Positions 1 to 10,454 of a stretch of DNA of 55,145 bases are shown in pieces. A program made the translations under genes and the position numbers. Source of the stretch: an uncultured Mycoplasmatota bacterium (GTDB lineage Bacteria > Bacillota_I > Bacilli_A > RF39 > UBA660). Position 1 is the first letter of the stretch. Each line of letters starts with the position of its first letter. The DNA lies in NCBI GenBank assembly GCA_946413985.1, contig CAMKMS010000004.1:1-55145 (forward strand). Direction: 5' to 3'. The notes under the pieces are model-generated. The model did not search any database, had not been told where the DNA came from, and was given only the letters and a program-made list of their open reading frames with translations.

Positions 1-29
1 TTGATTTTAAGTAATTAAGGTGTTAAAAT
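1..29 (+). promoter_or_regulatory. Sigma-A-type promoter of the pheST leader
   Basis: TTGATT (1-6), 17 bp spacer, TG at 21-22, TAAAAT (24-29). Confidence 0.7.
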
Positions 30-39
30 GTATGTATCT

Positions 40-240
40 TTTGTGAAGAAGTAGTAGTGAAGTAATAATTATTTAATAGAGAGTTAATAATTTGGTGTAA
101 TATTAACAAATAATTATTCATGAATTCACCTTCATATAAAAAGAACGGATTCTTACGTTATAGAGAAATAAAGATGATTAATAAGTCATGAATTAAGGTG
201 GTACAGCGACAAGGACGCCCTTATATTTATGGCTTTTTTA
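40..240 (+). ncRNA. T-box riboswitch (Phe specifier)
   Basis: Stem I with AGAGA and GGTGTAA boxes; specifier GAA-TTC (TTC at 125-127 = Phe). T-box AATTAAGGTGGTACAGCG (191-208) with antiterminator helices AAGG/CCTT and GCG/CGC; T-run at ~234-239; directly upstream of pheS. Confidence 0.92.
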
Positions 241-255
241 TTTTAAGGAGGAAGT

Positions 256-1296
256 ATGAAAGAAAAACTAGAAAGTATTAAAACTGAAGCATTAGAAGAA
301 ATTTTAAAATGTAATGATGAAGCATCAATTAATAATGTTAGATCAAAGTATTTAGGTAAAAAAAGTGCATTTAGTGATGTTATGAGTAATATGGCAAGTC
401 TATCACCTGATGAAAAAAAGTCAGTTGGAATGGTATCTAATGAAGTAAGAAATGCTATTACTGAAGCATTAGATAATAGACTAAAAGCTATTAAGGAAGA
501 AGAGTTAAATAAAAAACTAGAAAGTGATAAGATTGATATTACACTTCCAAGTAATATTAGAAGAAGTGGTTATTTGCATCCACTTACATTAGTTCGTGAA
601 GAGATAGAAGACTTATTTATATCAATGGGATATGATGTAGTAGACGGACCAGAAGTAGATTCTGATGCAAATTGTTTTGAAATGTTAAATTTACCAGCTT
701 CTCATCCAGCTAGAGATGCACAAGATAGTTTTTATATTACTGATGATATGCTTTTAAGACCACATACAAGTTCTATGCAAGTAAGAAGTATGCTTGCAAA
801 TGCAGAAAAGAAACCATTTAAACTTATTTGTCCTGGAAAAACATATAGAAGAGATGATGATGATGCAACTCATTCACATCAATTTAGTCAAGTTGAAGGA
901 CTTGTTGTTGGGGAAAATATTTCTTTATCTGACTTAAAGGGGACTTTAGAGTTATTTGCTAAAAAGATGTTTGGTGAAAGTCGTGAAATTAGATTTAGAG
1001 CTAGTTACTTCCCATTTACAGAACCTTCTTATGAAGTAGATGTATCATGTTTTAAATGTGATAAAAAAGGATGCAATATTTGTAAAGGAACTGGATGGAT
1101 TGAAATACTAGGTTGTGGAATGGTTCATCCAAATGTACTTGAGAATTGTGGATTTGATCATACTAAATATCAAGGATTTGCCTTTGGTGTTGGTATTGAA
1201 AGAGTTGCAAGTCTTAAGTATGGTGTTACTAATATTAGAGATTATTTTATTAATGATTATAGATTCCTTAAGAATTTTGATAGAAAGGAGATATAA
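256..1296 (+). CDS. pheS: Phenylalanyl-tRNA synthetase alpha subunit
   Basis: [50 protein letters not shown] motifs; RBS AAGGAGG. Confidence 0.98.
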   Translation: MKEKLESIKTEALEEILKCNDEASINNVRSKYLGKKSAFSDVMSNMASLSPDEKKSVGMVSNEVRNAITEALDNRLKAIKEEELNKKLESDKIDITLPSNIRRSGYLHPLTLVREEIEDLFISMGYDVVDGPEVDSDANCFEMLNLPASHPARDAQDSFYITDDMLLRPHTSSMQVRSMLANAEKKPFKLICPGKTYRRDDDDATHSHQFSQVEGLVVGENISLSDLKGTLELFAKKMFGESREIRFRASYFPFTEPSYEVDVSCFKCDKKGCNICKGTGWIEILGCGMVHPNVLENCGFDHTKYQGFAFGVGIERVASLKYGVTNIRDYFINDYRFLKNFDRKEI

Positions 1297-1299
1297 TAA

Positions 1300-3666
1300 A
1301 TGAAATTAAGTCGTAAATTTGTTAATGATTATACAAATCTATATAAAATGGATTTTAATGAATATGCAAATTCAATGCTAAAAATGGGTAATGAATATGA
1401 AAGTATTGGCCCTTTAGTAAACGTAAAAGGTTTATTAATTGGAGAAGTAAAATCATGTGAAAAACATCCTGAAAGTGATCATTTGCATATTTGTAAAGTC
1501 AACGTAGGAAAGAGTGTATTAAATATTGTTTGTGGAGCACCTAATGTAAAAAAAGGCTTAAAGGTAATAGTAGCTCCAGATGGATGTGTTTTACCTCTTG
1601 GTACCATTAAAAATACTACCATTCTAGGTTATGAATCAAGTGGTATGATTTGTTCACTTGAAGAGCTTGGAATTGAACACAAATATTTAAAGGAAGAAGA
1701 TATAAAAGGTATTCATGAGCTTGATTCAGATGCTAAAGTTGGAGAAGATCCAATAAAGTATTTAGAATTAGATGATGATGTTATTGATTTTGAATTAACA
1801 GCAAATAGAGCTGATCTTTTAAGTATGTTAGGTCTTGCTTATGAAAGCTCTGTTATTACTGGAGAAAAAGTAGTCTTACCTGAAACTAACTATAAAGAAA
1901 TAAAAGAAGATATTAATGATTATTTAACTTTAAAAGTAAATACTCCAAATGTATATACTTTCTTGGTTAAAAGAGTAAATAATATTGAAATAAAAGAATC
2001 AGATAATTTCATGAAAAACAGGCTTATGGCATGTGGAATTAGAAGTATTAATAATGTAGTAGATATTTCTAATTATGTAATGCTTGAAACTGGTCAACCA
2101 CTTCATTTTTATGATGCTGATAAACTTGGAAAAGTAATTGAAGCAAGAAATGCAAAAAATAATGAAAATCTTGTTACTTTAGATAGTGTTGATAGGGTAC
2201 TAAGTGATGAAGATATTATTATAACTAATGGAAAAGAACCAATAGGGTTAGCTGGAGTAATGGGTGGACTTGATACTGAAATAGATGAAAATACTAAAAA
2301 TGTAGTTGTTGAATGTGCTATATTTAATCCTGTTAACATTAGAAAAACATCTAAGAAACTTTTAAGAAGTGAAGCTAGTATTAGATATGAAAAAGGACTT
2401 GATGTTAATAGATGTTATTTTGCTATGCAAAGAGCTTGTTATTTACTTTCTAAATATGCAAATGGTGAAGTATTAAAAGGAATGTTAGAATATAATACTT
2501 TAGATAGAAATGATAAAGTAATTGAAATAACATTAGAAAAAATAAATAGTGTACTTGGATACAACTTAACTATTAAGGATGTAGAAGATGTATTTAATAG
2601 ATTAGGTTTTGGTGTTGAAGCTAAAAAGAATACTTTAAAAGTAACTGTTCCAACTAGAAGAACTGATATATCAATTGTTGAAGATTTAATAGAAGAAGTT
2701 AGTAGAGTATATGGAGTAGATAATATTAAGAGTACTCTTCCAGTATTCCCAAGTACTCCAAGTATTCATAATAATAAAGAGAGAATTATTAGAGAGATAT
2801 TAGTTTCTCTTGGTCTTAATGAAGTTATTACATATTCACTTATAAATGTTAGTGATGTATTTAAATTTACAAATGATGAGTTTGGACTAATAAAAGTACT
2901 AGATCCACTTAGTGAAGATAGAGTAGTTTTAAGACATAGTATTATTACTTCATTATTAGATGTTTATAATTATAATAAAGCACGTAATATTAAAGATTTA
3001 AGTATATTTGAAATATCTAGATGCTTTAGTAGTATTAATGGTGAATATATTGAAGAAAAGAAATTAGCTCTATTAATGAGTGGAGTTTATACTGAAGGAT
3101 TAAAGAAAGAAAGCTATGACTTCTATTCCGCTAAAGGAGTAGTTGAAGAATTACTAAATAAATTGGGATTTAAGGGAAGATATGAATTTGTAGTAAATAA
3201 TACTATTGAAGAAATGCATCCAACTAAGAGTATATATATTAACGTAAGTGGAAAAATAGTTGGTATGTTTGGGCAAGTACATCCTAATATTTGTAAGGAT
3301 GAAGTATATGTTTGTGAAATTAATCTTGAAGAATTACTATCTATTAAGACAGGAAGACTTAAATATAAAGAAACTTCTAAATTTCCTGGAATTACTAAAG
3401 ACTTAGCATTTATTCTTCCAAAGAATGTTTTAAATAAAGATGTAGTTTCATCTATTAAACAAGGTGGAGGAAAATTACTTAGTACAATAGATGTATTTGA
3501 CTATTATGAAGGAGATAAAATAGAAGAAAATAAAAAATCAATCGCATATAGTCTATACTTTGAAAGTAATGATAGAACTCTTGAATTAAATGATATTAAT
3601 CCATTAATTGATAAGATTATTGAAAATGTTGTAAAAAAACATAATGGAATTTTAAGAGATAAATAA
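1300..3666 (+). CDS. pheT: Phenylalanyl-tRNA synthetase beta subunit
   Basis: IVCGAPNV tRNA-binding domain, ELTANRADLLS, SINNVVDISNYVMLETGQPLH, C-terminal FDX-ACB domain; follows pheS. Confidence 0.98.
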   Translation: MKLSRKFVNDYTNLYKMDFNEYANSMLKMGNEYESIGPLVNVKGLLIGEVKSCEKHPESDHLHICKVNVGKSVLNIVCGAPNVKKGLKVIVAPDGCVLPLGTIKNTTILGYESSGMICSLEELGIEHKYLKEEDIKGIHELDSDAKVGEDPIKYLELDDDVIDFELTANRADLLSMLGLAYESSVITGEKVVLPETNYKEIKEDINDYLTLKVNTPNVYTFLVKRVNNIEIKESDNFMKNRLMACGIRSINNVVDISNYVMLETGQPLHFYDADKLGKVIEARNAKNNENLVTLDSVDRVLSDEDIIITNGKEPIGLAGVMGGLDTEIDENTKNVVVECAIFNPVNIRKTSKKLLRSEASIRYEKGLDVNRCYFAMQRACYLLSKYANGEVLKGMLEYNTLDRNDKVIEITLEKINSVLGYNLTIKDVEDVFNRLGFGVEAKKNTLKVTVPTRRTDISIVEDLIEEVSRVYGVDNIKSTLPVFPSTPSIHNNKERIIREILVSLGLNEVITYSLINVSDVFKFTNDEFGLIKVLDPLSEDRVVLRHSIITSLLDVYNYNKARNIKDLSIFEISRCFSSINGEYIEEKKLALLMSGVYTEGLKKESYDFYSAKGVVEELLNKLGFKGRYEFVVNNTIEEMHPTKSIYINVSGKIVGMFGQVHPNICKDEVYVCEINLEELLSIKTGRLKYKETSKFPGITKDLAFILPKNVLNKDVVSSIKQGGGKLLSTIDVFDYYEGDKIEENKKSIAYSLYFESNDRTLELNDINPLIDKIIENVVKKHNGILRDK

Positions 3667-3667
3667 T

Positions 3668-3701
3668 AAAATAGCATTCACTTTTGTGGATGTTATTTTT
3701 T
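3668..3701 (+). terminator. Intrinsic terminator after pheT
   Basis: ATAGCATTCAC-TTTT-GTGGATGTTAT followed by a T-run. Confidence 0.8.
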
Positions 3702-3757
3702 ATTTTATTTACTAAAAAAATATATTATAATAAATGTATAGAAGGTGGAGAGTTTTT

Positions 3758-4822
3758 ATGAAAAATAAAATAATTATTATTGTATTATTGTTGGCTTTTC
3801 TTTGTGGATGTACAAAAAAGAATAATGATACTGAAGTAATAAAAGTTAATAATAAACAAGAAGTTAAAATAACAAAAAGTATAACTAAGACAATTGAGTA
3901 TGAAAAATTTGATAATGGACTTGTTTCATTTGATAAACCAAAAGGATGGAAAGTAGATATTCCAAGTTTAGATTATATACATTATACATTTAAAGTATAT
4001 GATCCAAATAATCCTTCTTATAGAATAATATTTATGTTAAAACTTGAAGGTTTTAATAAAAGTAGTGCCGCTAAAAAATGGCAAAAAAAGTATTATCCTA
4101 AAGCTATGTTTGCTAAAACACCAGTTATAAATCCACAAAATACAAAGGGATTTTATAAGGTATGGAATCAAACTGCTAATTATGTAAATAAGTATGATGT
4201 TAAATATAGTTATTTACCAAAATTCAAAGATTTTAAAATTATACAAAATTTAGGAAAAAATGTATTAGGTGGTCAAATATTAAGAGCAACTTATAAAGAT
4301 TCAAAAGATAATTTGATTCAAGGTTTATTTACTGCTAGTGTTAAATCTGCTGGAAAATACTATGTTAATAGCAATGTGTTTAATATATTTAGTAAAAAAA
4401 TAGATGTATGGACACTTGATGTTTATAATATTATTCTTATGACTGCTCCAGATGAAGAATTTAATAATTGGCAAGGAATACTTGATAAATGCATAGCATC
4501 TATAGAATTTAGTAGTGCATTTTTAAAAGGGTTTAATAAACAAGAATCAACTATATTAAAAACAATACAGGCAAATCAAAAAGTATATGATCAAATATCT
4601 GATATGATAATGGATTCATGGGAGAAGAGAAATAATTCTTATGATATTATTAGTCAAAAACAAAGTGATGCTACACTTGGATATGAAAGAGTATATGATA
4701 CAGAAACTAATGAAGTATATAAAGCATATAATGGATTTATGGATGATTATAGTGGGGACAGATATAAAACTATAACAGATGATATGTATACTTCTTCTAT
4801 TAGTGGATATATAGAAAAATAA
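3758..4822 (+). CDS. Putative lipoprotein, unknown function
   Basis: Start moved to ATG 3758 (RBS GGTGGAG); MKNKIIIIVLLLAFLCGC signal peptide with lipobox-like LCGC. Confidence 0.75.
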   Translation: MKNKIIIIVLLLAFLCGCTKKNNDTEVIKVNNKQEVKITKSITKTIEYEKFDNGLVSFDKPKGWKVDIPSLDYIHYTFKVYDPNNPSYRIIFMLKLEGFNKSSAAKKWQKKYYPKAMFAKTPVINPQNTKGFYKVWNQTANYVNKYDVKYSYLPKFKDFKIIQNLGKNVLGGQILRATYKDSKDNLIQGLFTASVKSAGKYYVNSNVFNIFSKKIDVWTLDVYNIILMTAPDEEFNNWQGILDKCIASIEFSSAFLKGFNKQESTILKTIQANQKVYDQISDMIMDSWEKRNNSYDIISQKQSDATLGYERVYDTETNEVYKAYNGFMDDYSGDRYKTITDDMYTSSISGYIEK

Positions 4823-4844
4823 TAATAATTACAGGGAGGTTTTT

Positions 4845-6431
4845 ATGGAAGATAAAGAAAAATCATTAATAATAATTTTTATCTCAAATAAAGATACAAA
4901 AGAGTTAACAGTAGAATCTGTTGCGGTATGTGAAAAAGATCCAAATGATAGTATTTATGATATTATTAGTGGTGAATTTAAGGGCTTTAGTAGTGAAGAT
5001 TTTAATCGTTTTAAAGTAATTGGAATAGATAATCCTTTTATTAAAAATAATAATAAAGTAAAGCCAAAAATTGAATTTGAAAACATGTATAATAGTGGTA
5101 ATGAAATAATATATTGTTTTGATAGTGAATATATAAAACAATATTGTTCTTCAAATAATAAATCATTTGAAGAAGCTTGCTTAGAATTATCTTATCAAGC
5201 ATATTATAATACTATTACTTTTGATAGTAAATTTGGTGATTTAGATATAACAGCAATGCATGATTTTCATTTAAAAAATAATAATATTGATATACCAGAG
5301 AGTGTTATTAATGGTATGCTTAAAGGTGAAGAAGAGGAAGTAATAAAGCCACTTGATGAAGATATTTTTAGTATAAATGGTCTTAAAGATAGGGTTAGTT
5401 TAATAATAGATGATATAAGTAAGAAAATTGTTGGTCAAGATGAAGCAATAGTTACTTTAGTAACAAATCTTTTTTATAATCAATTAATTATTAAAGAAAT
5501 AACAAGCAATTATGAATTTGATTCTTCCGAGCTTGATAGTAGAAAAGTAGGAATATTATTAGATGGTTCAACTGGTACAGGAAAAACTGCAATATTAAAA
5601 GAAATTGCTTCTAAATTAGATTTACCATTATGTTTAAGTAATGCTAATAGTTTTTCTGAAACAGGATATTATGGGCCTTCAATTACAGATATTTTAAGAA
5701 AACTATATATTTTATCTGGAAGAGATATCAAAAAAGCAGAAAAGGGAATAGTAGTTTTAGATGAAATAGATAAATTAGCAAGTACTAGTGATGATTTTGG
5801 AAAAGATATGAAAAAGGGAGTTCAAGATGAACTTTTAGGCTTTATTAGTGGAGGAGAATATGATTTTCCTCTTGAAGATAAGTTTGGTTCACCAACTATT
5901 CATTTTGACACAAGTAAATTAACATTTATATTAAGTGGTGCATTTACTCATTTAAGAGAAAGAAAAATAAAAGAATCAAATAAAAAACAAAAAACAATTG
6001 GATTTGGAACTAATGTTAATGAACTAGGTAATAATACATATGTAATAAAAGCACAAGATTATGTTGATGAAGGATTAGCAAGAGAATTCTTTGGAAGAAT
6101 AAAAGTATTAACATGTACTAAATCATATAATTTTGATGATTTAAGAACAATATTATTAACTTCAACTATAAGTCCTCTTAAGAATCTTGAAAGAACAGTT
6201 AAGATGTTTGGATATCCTGGAATTATATATGATGAAGAATTTATTAGTGATGTATGTAATCAAGCACTTGATATGCAAACTGGAGCAAGAGGGCTTCAAA
6301 CTATAATGTCTGGTATTCAAAACAGATTACTAATTGGTTTAATAAATCAAACATATGATTTTGATAAACCAATAGAATTATCTATAAATTTATTAGATGA
6401 ATATAATAAATCTTTAGTAAGAAAATATTAA
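4845..6431 (+). CDS. ClpX-like AAA+ ATPase with non-canonical N-terminal domain
   Basis: IVGQDEA, Walker A GSTGTGKT, pore loop TGYYG, Walker B IVVLDEIDK, IGF loop (KTIGFG), EFFGRI, sensor II TGARGL; no C4 zinc-binding domain. Confidence 0.85.
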   Translation: MEDKEKSLIIIFISNKDTKELTVESVAVCEKDPNDSIYDIISGEFKGFSSEDFNRFKVIGIDNPFIKNNNKVKPKIEFENMYNSGNEIIYCFDSEYIKQYCSSNNKSFEEACLELSYQAYYNTITFDSKFGDLDITAMHDFHLKNNNIDIPESVINGMLKGEEEEVIKPLDEDIFSINGLKDRVSLIIDDISKKIVGQDEAIVTLVTNLFYNQLIIKEITSNYEFDSSELDSRKVGILLDGSTGTGKTAILKEIASKLDLPLCLSNANSFSETGYYGPSITDILRKLYILSGRDIKKAEKGIVVLDEIDKLASTSDDFGKDMKKGVQDELLGFISGGEYDFPLEDKFGSPTIHFDTSKLTFILSGAFTHLRERKIKESNKKQKTIGFGTNVNELGNNTYVIKAQDYVDEGLAREFFGRIKVLTCTKSYNFDDLRTILLTSTISPLKNLERTVKMFGYPGIIYDEEFISDVCNQALDMQTGARGLQTIMSGIQNRLLIGLINQTYDFDKPIELSINLLDEYNKSLVRKY

Positions 6432-6485
6432 TATTGATAAAAAAATAGTATTATTATATAATTGTTTTGTAAGTGAGGGATTGAT

Positions 6486-7028
6486 ATGATAGATGAAAAT
6501 GAAATTAAAAACAAAATGGATAAAGTAGTTGAAAATTTAGAAAGTAGATTTACTCAAATTAGAGCAGGTAGAGCAAATCCAAACATTTTGCATGGCGTTA
6601 TGGTTGATTATTATGGTTCCCCTACACCAATTCAAAGTCTAGCAACTATTTCTGTTCCAGAAGCAAGAGTTCTTGCAATAAAACCATTTGATAAATCATC
6701 ACTTAAAAATATAGAAAAAGCTATTCATGAGGCAAATCTTGGTATTGCTCCAACTAATAATGGTGAAGTTATTATGTTAACTGTTCCTGAACTTACAGGA
6801 GATACAAGACGTCAATATGTTAAAGATGCAGAAAAAATGAGTGAAGAAGCTAAGATAGCTCTTAGAAATATTAGACAAGATGAAAACAATAAAATCAAAA
6901 AAGATGAAGAATTAAGAGAAGATGAAAGAGATATGTGTTTAGAAATTGTTCAAGAAATAATTGATAAATACAATAAAATTGTTGAAGAAAAATTAAAAGA
7001 AAAAGTTGAAGAACTTACTAGTATATAG
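6486..7028 (+). CDS. frr: Ribosome recycling factor
   Basis: IRAGRANP, VDYYGSPTP, KPFDKS, IALRNIR motifs. Confidence 0.97.
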   Translation: MIDENEIKNKMDKVVENLESRFTQIRAGRANPNILHGVMVDYYGSPTPIQSLATISVPEARVLAIKPFDKSSLKNIEKAIHEANLGIAPTNNGEVIMLTVPELTGDTRRQYVKDAEKMSEEAKIALRNIRQDENNKIKKDEELREDERDMCLEIVQEIIDKYNKIVEEKLKEKVEELTSI

Positions 7029-7038
7029 TAAGTTTTTT
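7011..7038 (+). terminator. Intrinsic terminator at end of frr
   Basis: AACTTACTA-GTATA-TAGTAAGTT plus T-run. Confidence 0.7.
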
Positions 7039-7094
7039 ATTGTTTCTTTTTTGGGTTATGGTATAATTAATAATAGAGAGTAGAGGTGTAGATA

Positions 7095-8417
7095 ATGCCT
7101 AATAATTATGAAGAAGCGTATTCAAAATTCATTAATTATATTGAAAGACAATTAATGTCTGTTCAAAGCAAACTTAAAAATGTTGAATACTACAATATAA
7201 TTAAAAAAATGATTAATGACCTTTCTAATTCTGCTAAAAGCAAAGATTACTCTAAATTTATGGAATATTATAATGTGTTATCTAGAATAAGTGATGATGT
7301 AAAAGACAATCTAGATATTATTTGCTATCTAGCAGTTCATAATACTTGTGATATTCCTCAAATGGAAGAAGCTATTAAAAAAGTATTTTCTGATAAATCA
7401 TTACTAAAAATGATTTCTTATAATGAAAGTAAGGAATTATTAGAGGGCAAAAAAGAAAAATTAACAAGTATTATAGATGGTACTTGTGATTTTGAAACTC
7501 TAAAAAATGCTTTACTTGATAGTGATTTAGAAGATGAAGAGATGATAGTTATATTGATGCATGAAGCACAAAAGACTATTTTAACTAGTAGAAAAAAACT
7601 ACCATCATTAGAAGTAAATGAAAATGAAAAAATTATTAATTCAAATAATGAAATAATCAATAAAATAAATATATTAATTGAAAAATATTATCCTCTTGTT
7701 TCAAGTAAGCCAAATAAACTTGTAGAGATGTATAAAAAACTTGCGACACCTGATAACATAGATAGTATTAATAGTATGTATAGTGAAAAGGATGTAAGAG
7801 TATGTCTTCATATACTATATTTAATTAAGCTAAAAGAAGAAAGAGATGAAGTATTGAATTCAAAACCAGTAGATTATCAATTATTAGAATTAAATACTCT
7901 TGAACTTCTAAAAGAATATGAATTATCATGTTTAGCAATAAGTGAATTTGAAAAAGAAAGAATGGAAAATATTCCACAGGAAACAAGTGTTTATTTCTTA
8001 ATAGATCCAAATAAAGCATCTTTTGATTTAAGTGATTTAAGTGATGAAGAAAAGAAAACAATAGAATCCATGATTAAAGATTTAGAAAGTGGATTATTTG
8101 ACTATGAAAGAAATAAAAATGCTCATACTATGGTAAAACAAAATATATGTAAAGATTTAAATGTATTTGTTAATAGAAAGAAAAATATATGTATTTCTTA
8201 TATAAGAGTTAATTCTAAAGTACTTATTTTATGTTTTGGTACAAGTAGAGATATATTTGATTTATCAAAGAGTATTCTTAATACTAATAAATCATTAATA
8301 AATAAAACTATTTCTAATATTAGGGATAATGATGAAGAGTTTATTAGTAGTGAAGAAGAATTTAGAAATGCTTTAAATCAAAGTTTCCCAAAGGAGGTAG
8401 AACCTCATCATGGATAA
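7095..8417 (+). CDS. Hypothetical protein; helical N-region, possible degenerate RelE/ParE-like C-terminal domain
   Basis: 440-aa ORF with RBS GAGGTG. C-terminal FVNRKKNICISYIRVNSKVLILCFGTSRDIF resembles the RelE pattern yRlRvGdyRiiy...vlvl.vGhRkdiY (by eye). Confidence 0.6.
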   Translation: MPNNYEEAYSKFINYIERQLMSVQSKLKNVEYYNIIKKMINDLSNSAKSKDYSKFMEYYNVLSRISDDVKDNLDIICYLAVHNTCDIPQMEEAIKKVFSDKSLLKMISYNESKELLEGKKEKLTSIIDGTCDFETLKNALLDSDLEDEEMIVILMHEAQKTILTSRKKLPSLEVNENEKIINSNNEIINKINILIEKYYPLVSSKPNKLVEMYKKLATPDNIDSINSMYSEKDVRVCLHILYLIKLKEERDEVLNSKPVDYQLLELNTLELLKEYELSCLAISEFEKERMENIPQETSVYFLIDPNKASFDLSDLSDEEKKTIESMIKDLESGLFDYERNKNAHTMVKQNICKDLNVFVNRKKNICISYIRVNSKVLILCFGTSRDIFDLSKSILNTNKSLINKTISNIRDNDEEFISSEEEFRNALNQSFPKEVEPHHG

Positions 8418-8607
8418 AAATTTAAATGAATTATTTAAAGAAATTAGAAATGAATGTTTGCAAATTATCGAAGTAAAGAATGTAGATATAGAAGAATTGT
8501 CTTTCAGAATGGGTATGAGTACAAATAATTTATATCATTTTTTACAAAAACGAAATAGTGATTTTTCTGTATATTTAAAACTATATGAAGTATTATTAGG
8601 ATGGTGA
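8410..8607 (+). CDS. Small XRE-like helix-turn-helix protein
   Basis: IEELSFRMGMSTNNLYHFLQK HTH pattern; RBS AAGGAGG; overlaps upstream ORF by 8 bp. Confidence 0.65.
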   Translation: MDKNLNELFKEIRNECLQIIEVKNVDIEELSFRMGMSTNNLYHFLQKRNSDFSVYLKLYEVLLGW

Positions 8608-10454
8608 ATTATATGAGTTTAGAAGAAATATTAAATGATAGATTAAAGCCATTATATAAAAAAGAAAAAAAGACTTCAAAAATACTAATGAGTAATAACA
8701 AGAAATTAAAAGAAGTTTTAGATGATATTGAACTTATTTCAATTTTTATAGAAGAAGTTTCTGTTATTGATAATATTAGATCAGTTGATACTAATGTTAT
8801 AACTGATTTATTAGTAAAATATAAAATAGTAGATGATTATAGCATAGAAGATGATTTAAATAGTATTAAAGTATTACTAAGTGGTATATATGATAAAAAA
8901 TTGAAAATGAGTTTAAATCAAGAACAAATAGATAAGTTAAAAGAATATATTTCATATGTATATAGACTACTAGATGAATTAAATGAAAGGAAATCTAGAT
9001 TAGAGGATTCAATATCATCAATACAAGATGATGATGACATGTATATAAGTGAAATTACATCTCTACAAGAATTGATTGAAAAAATAAAAGATAAAGATAA
9101 TAATGAACTATTAAATCAAGAAGACTTAGATATAATTAAGGAAATTATTAATGATTCAAGTGTTCTTCTTGAAGTTAAAAAAGAATTGTTAATTAGATTT
9201 ATTGAATATAATAATGCTAGAAAAAATGGTGAAACTAAAGAAAACAAAACTGATATCAATGAAGTAATATCCGTATTTAATGAATTTAATATAGACATGT
9301 CTAGTGTAATAAAGAAATATAAAAGTGAAGTAGAAGTTTATGCTAATATAAGTAATATAAGACAAATCTTATCTTTTATGATGAAAACAGATATTATAAA
9401 TAAATTTAATAATGTAGATTTATTAACAATTTGTTTGCATGGAAATTATGAATCTGTAAGTGATACTTATGATGAAATAAGTAAAAAAGATAGTAGTGAT
9501 TTTTACTATACAATTCCAAGTGCATGGGTTAATAATTTGGAATCAAAAAAGATAAAAAAGAAAAAATATAAAGGACAAGAAACTAAAGAAAAAAGTAGTA
9601 TTTCTTTAAAACAACTTTCTAGTATTATATCAAGAGAAGAAATTGATAAGAATATTAATTATTTACAAAATGAAGGCTTTGTCTTTGATATATATGATAT
9701 TGGATCTAGAAAGACTATTATGACAAGTCATTATAAATTAAAAGAAAATGTAAATGCTTTAAAGCAGTATGGTATTATAACAGAAGAAAATATTTCTAGA
9801 TTTAAGATATGGTTATTGTCTGAAAATCAAATAGTTGAAAAATTAGATAGATTTATTGAACTTGGACTACTTAGTGGACATAATTCTCCGGTTGAATTTG
9901 CAAATTATTTAAAAAGATATCCTGGTCAATTACATAATATGTTATATCCAACATATATGCTACTTTATAATGCTAAGCAAACATATAGTAATGAATCATA
10001 CTATACAACTATAGCATCAAATAAAAAAGGACAATTATCTGGATATTTAAATAGTGGTGTACTAGGAGATATATTATCAACACCTGATTCTATATTAGAA
10101 TATAAAAAAACAAATTTTATAGAACCAAATACATATATTGATAATTATGATTCTTACGAAGAAATAATTGATTCTAATTATGATGTTAAAATTAATAAAG
10201 ATATATTTAACAATCCTGAAATACAGAATTTAGAAAAGAATTATAGTATTGAAGGTAATCAATTTGTATATGTATTTGATGGTGTTGTTATTTCAAGATT
10301 AAAAGTACTTAGAAATTACTCATTAATAAATGATGGAAAAATAGAATCATTAATGTCATCAATTGTAAATGGCAGTTTCTTAACACAAGAATCAGTAAAT
10401 AAAATAGCAAAATGTATTAATTATTCTCTAGGAGGTGCACAATGGACTATTTAA
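8601..10454 (+). CDS. Hypothetical helical protein with mTERF-like repeat segment
   Basis: 617-aa ORF overlapping both neighbours; repeated KNINYLQNEGF / ENVNALKQYGI / EKLDRFIELGL helices. Confidence 0.65.
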   Translation: MVNYMSLEEILNDRLKPLYKKEKKTSKILMSNNKKLKEVLDDIELISIFIEEVSVIDNIRSVDTNVITDLLVKYKIVDDYSIEDDLNSIKVLLSGIYDKKLKMSLNQEQIDKLKEYISYVYRLLDELNERKSRLEDSISSIQDDDDMYISEITSLQELIEKIKDKDNNELLNQEDLDIIKEIINDSSVLLEVKKELLIRFIEYNNARKNGETKENKTDINEVISVFNEFNIDMSSVIKKYKSEVEVYANISNIRQILSFMMKTDIINKFNNVDLLTICLHGNYESVSDTYDEISKKDSSDFYYTIPSAWVNNLESKKIKKKKYKGQETKEKSSISLKQLSSIISREEIDKNINYLQNEGFVFDIYDIGSRKTIMTSHYKLKENVNALKQYGIITEENISRFKIWLLSENQIVEKLDRFIELGLLSGHNSPVEFANYLKRYPGQLHNMLYPTYMLLYNAKQTYSNESYYTTIASNKKGQLSGYLNSGVLGDILSTPDSILEYKKTNFIEPNTYIDNYDSYEEIIDSNYDVKINKDIFNNPEIQNLEKNYSIEGNQFVYVFDGVVISRLKVLRNYSLINDGKIESLMSSIVNGSFLTQESVNKIAKCINYSLGGAQWTI

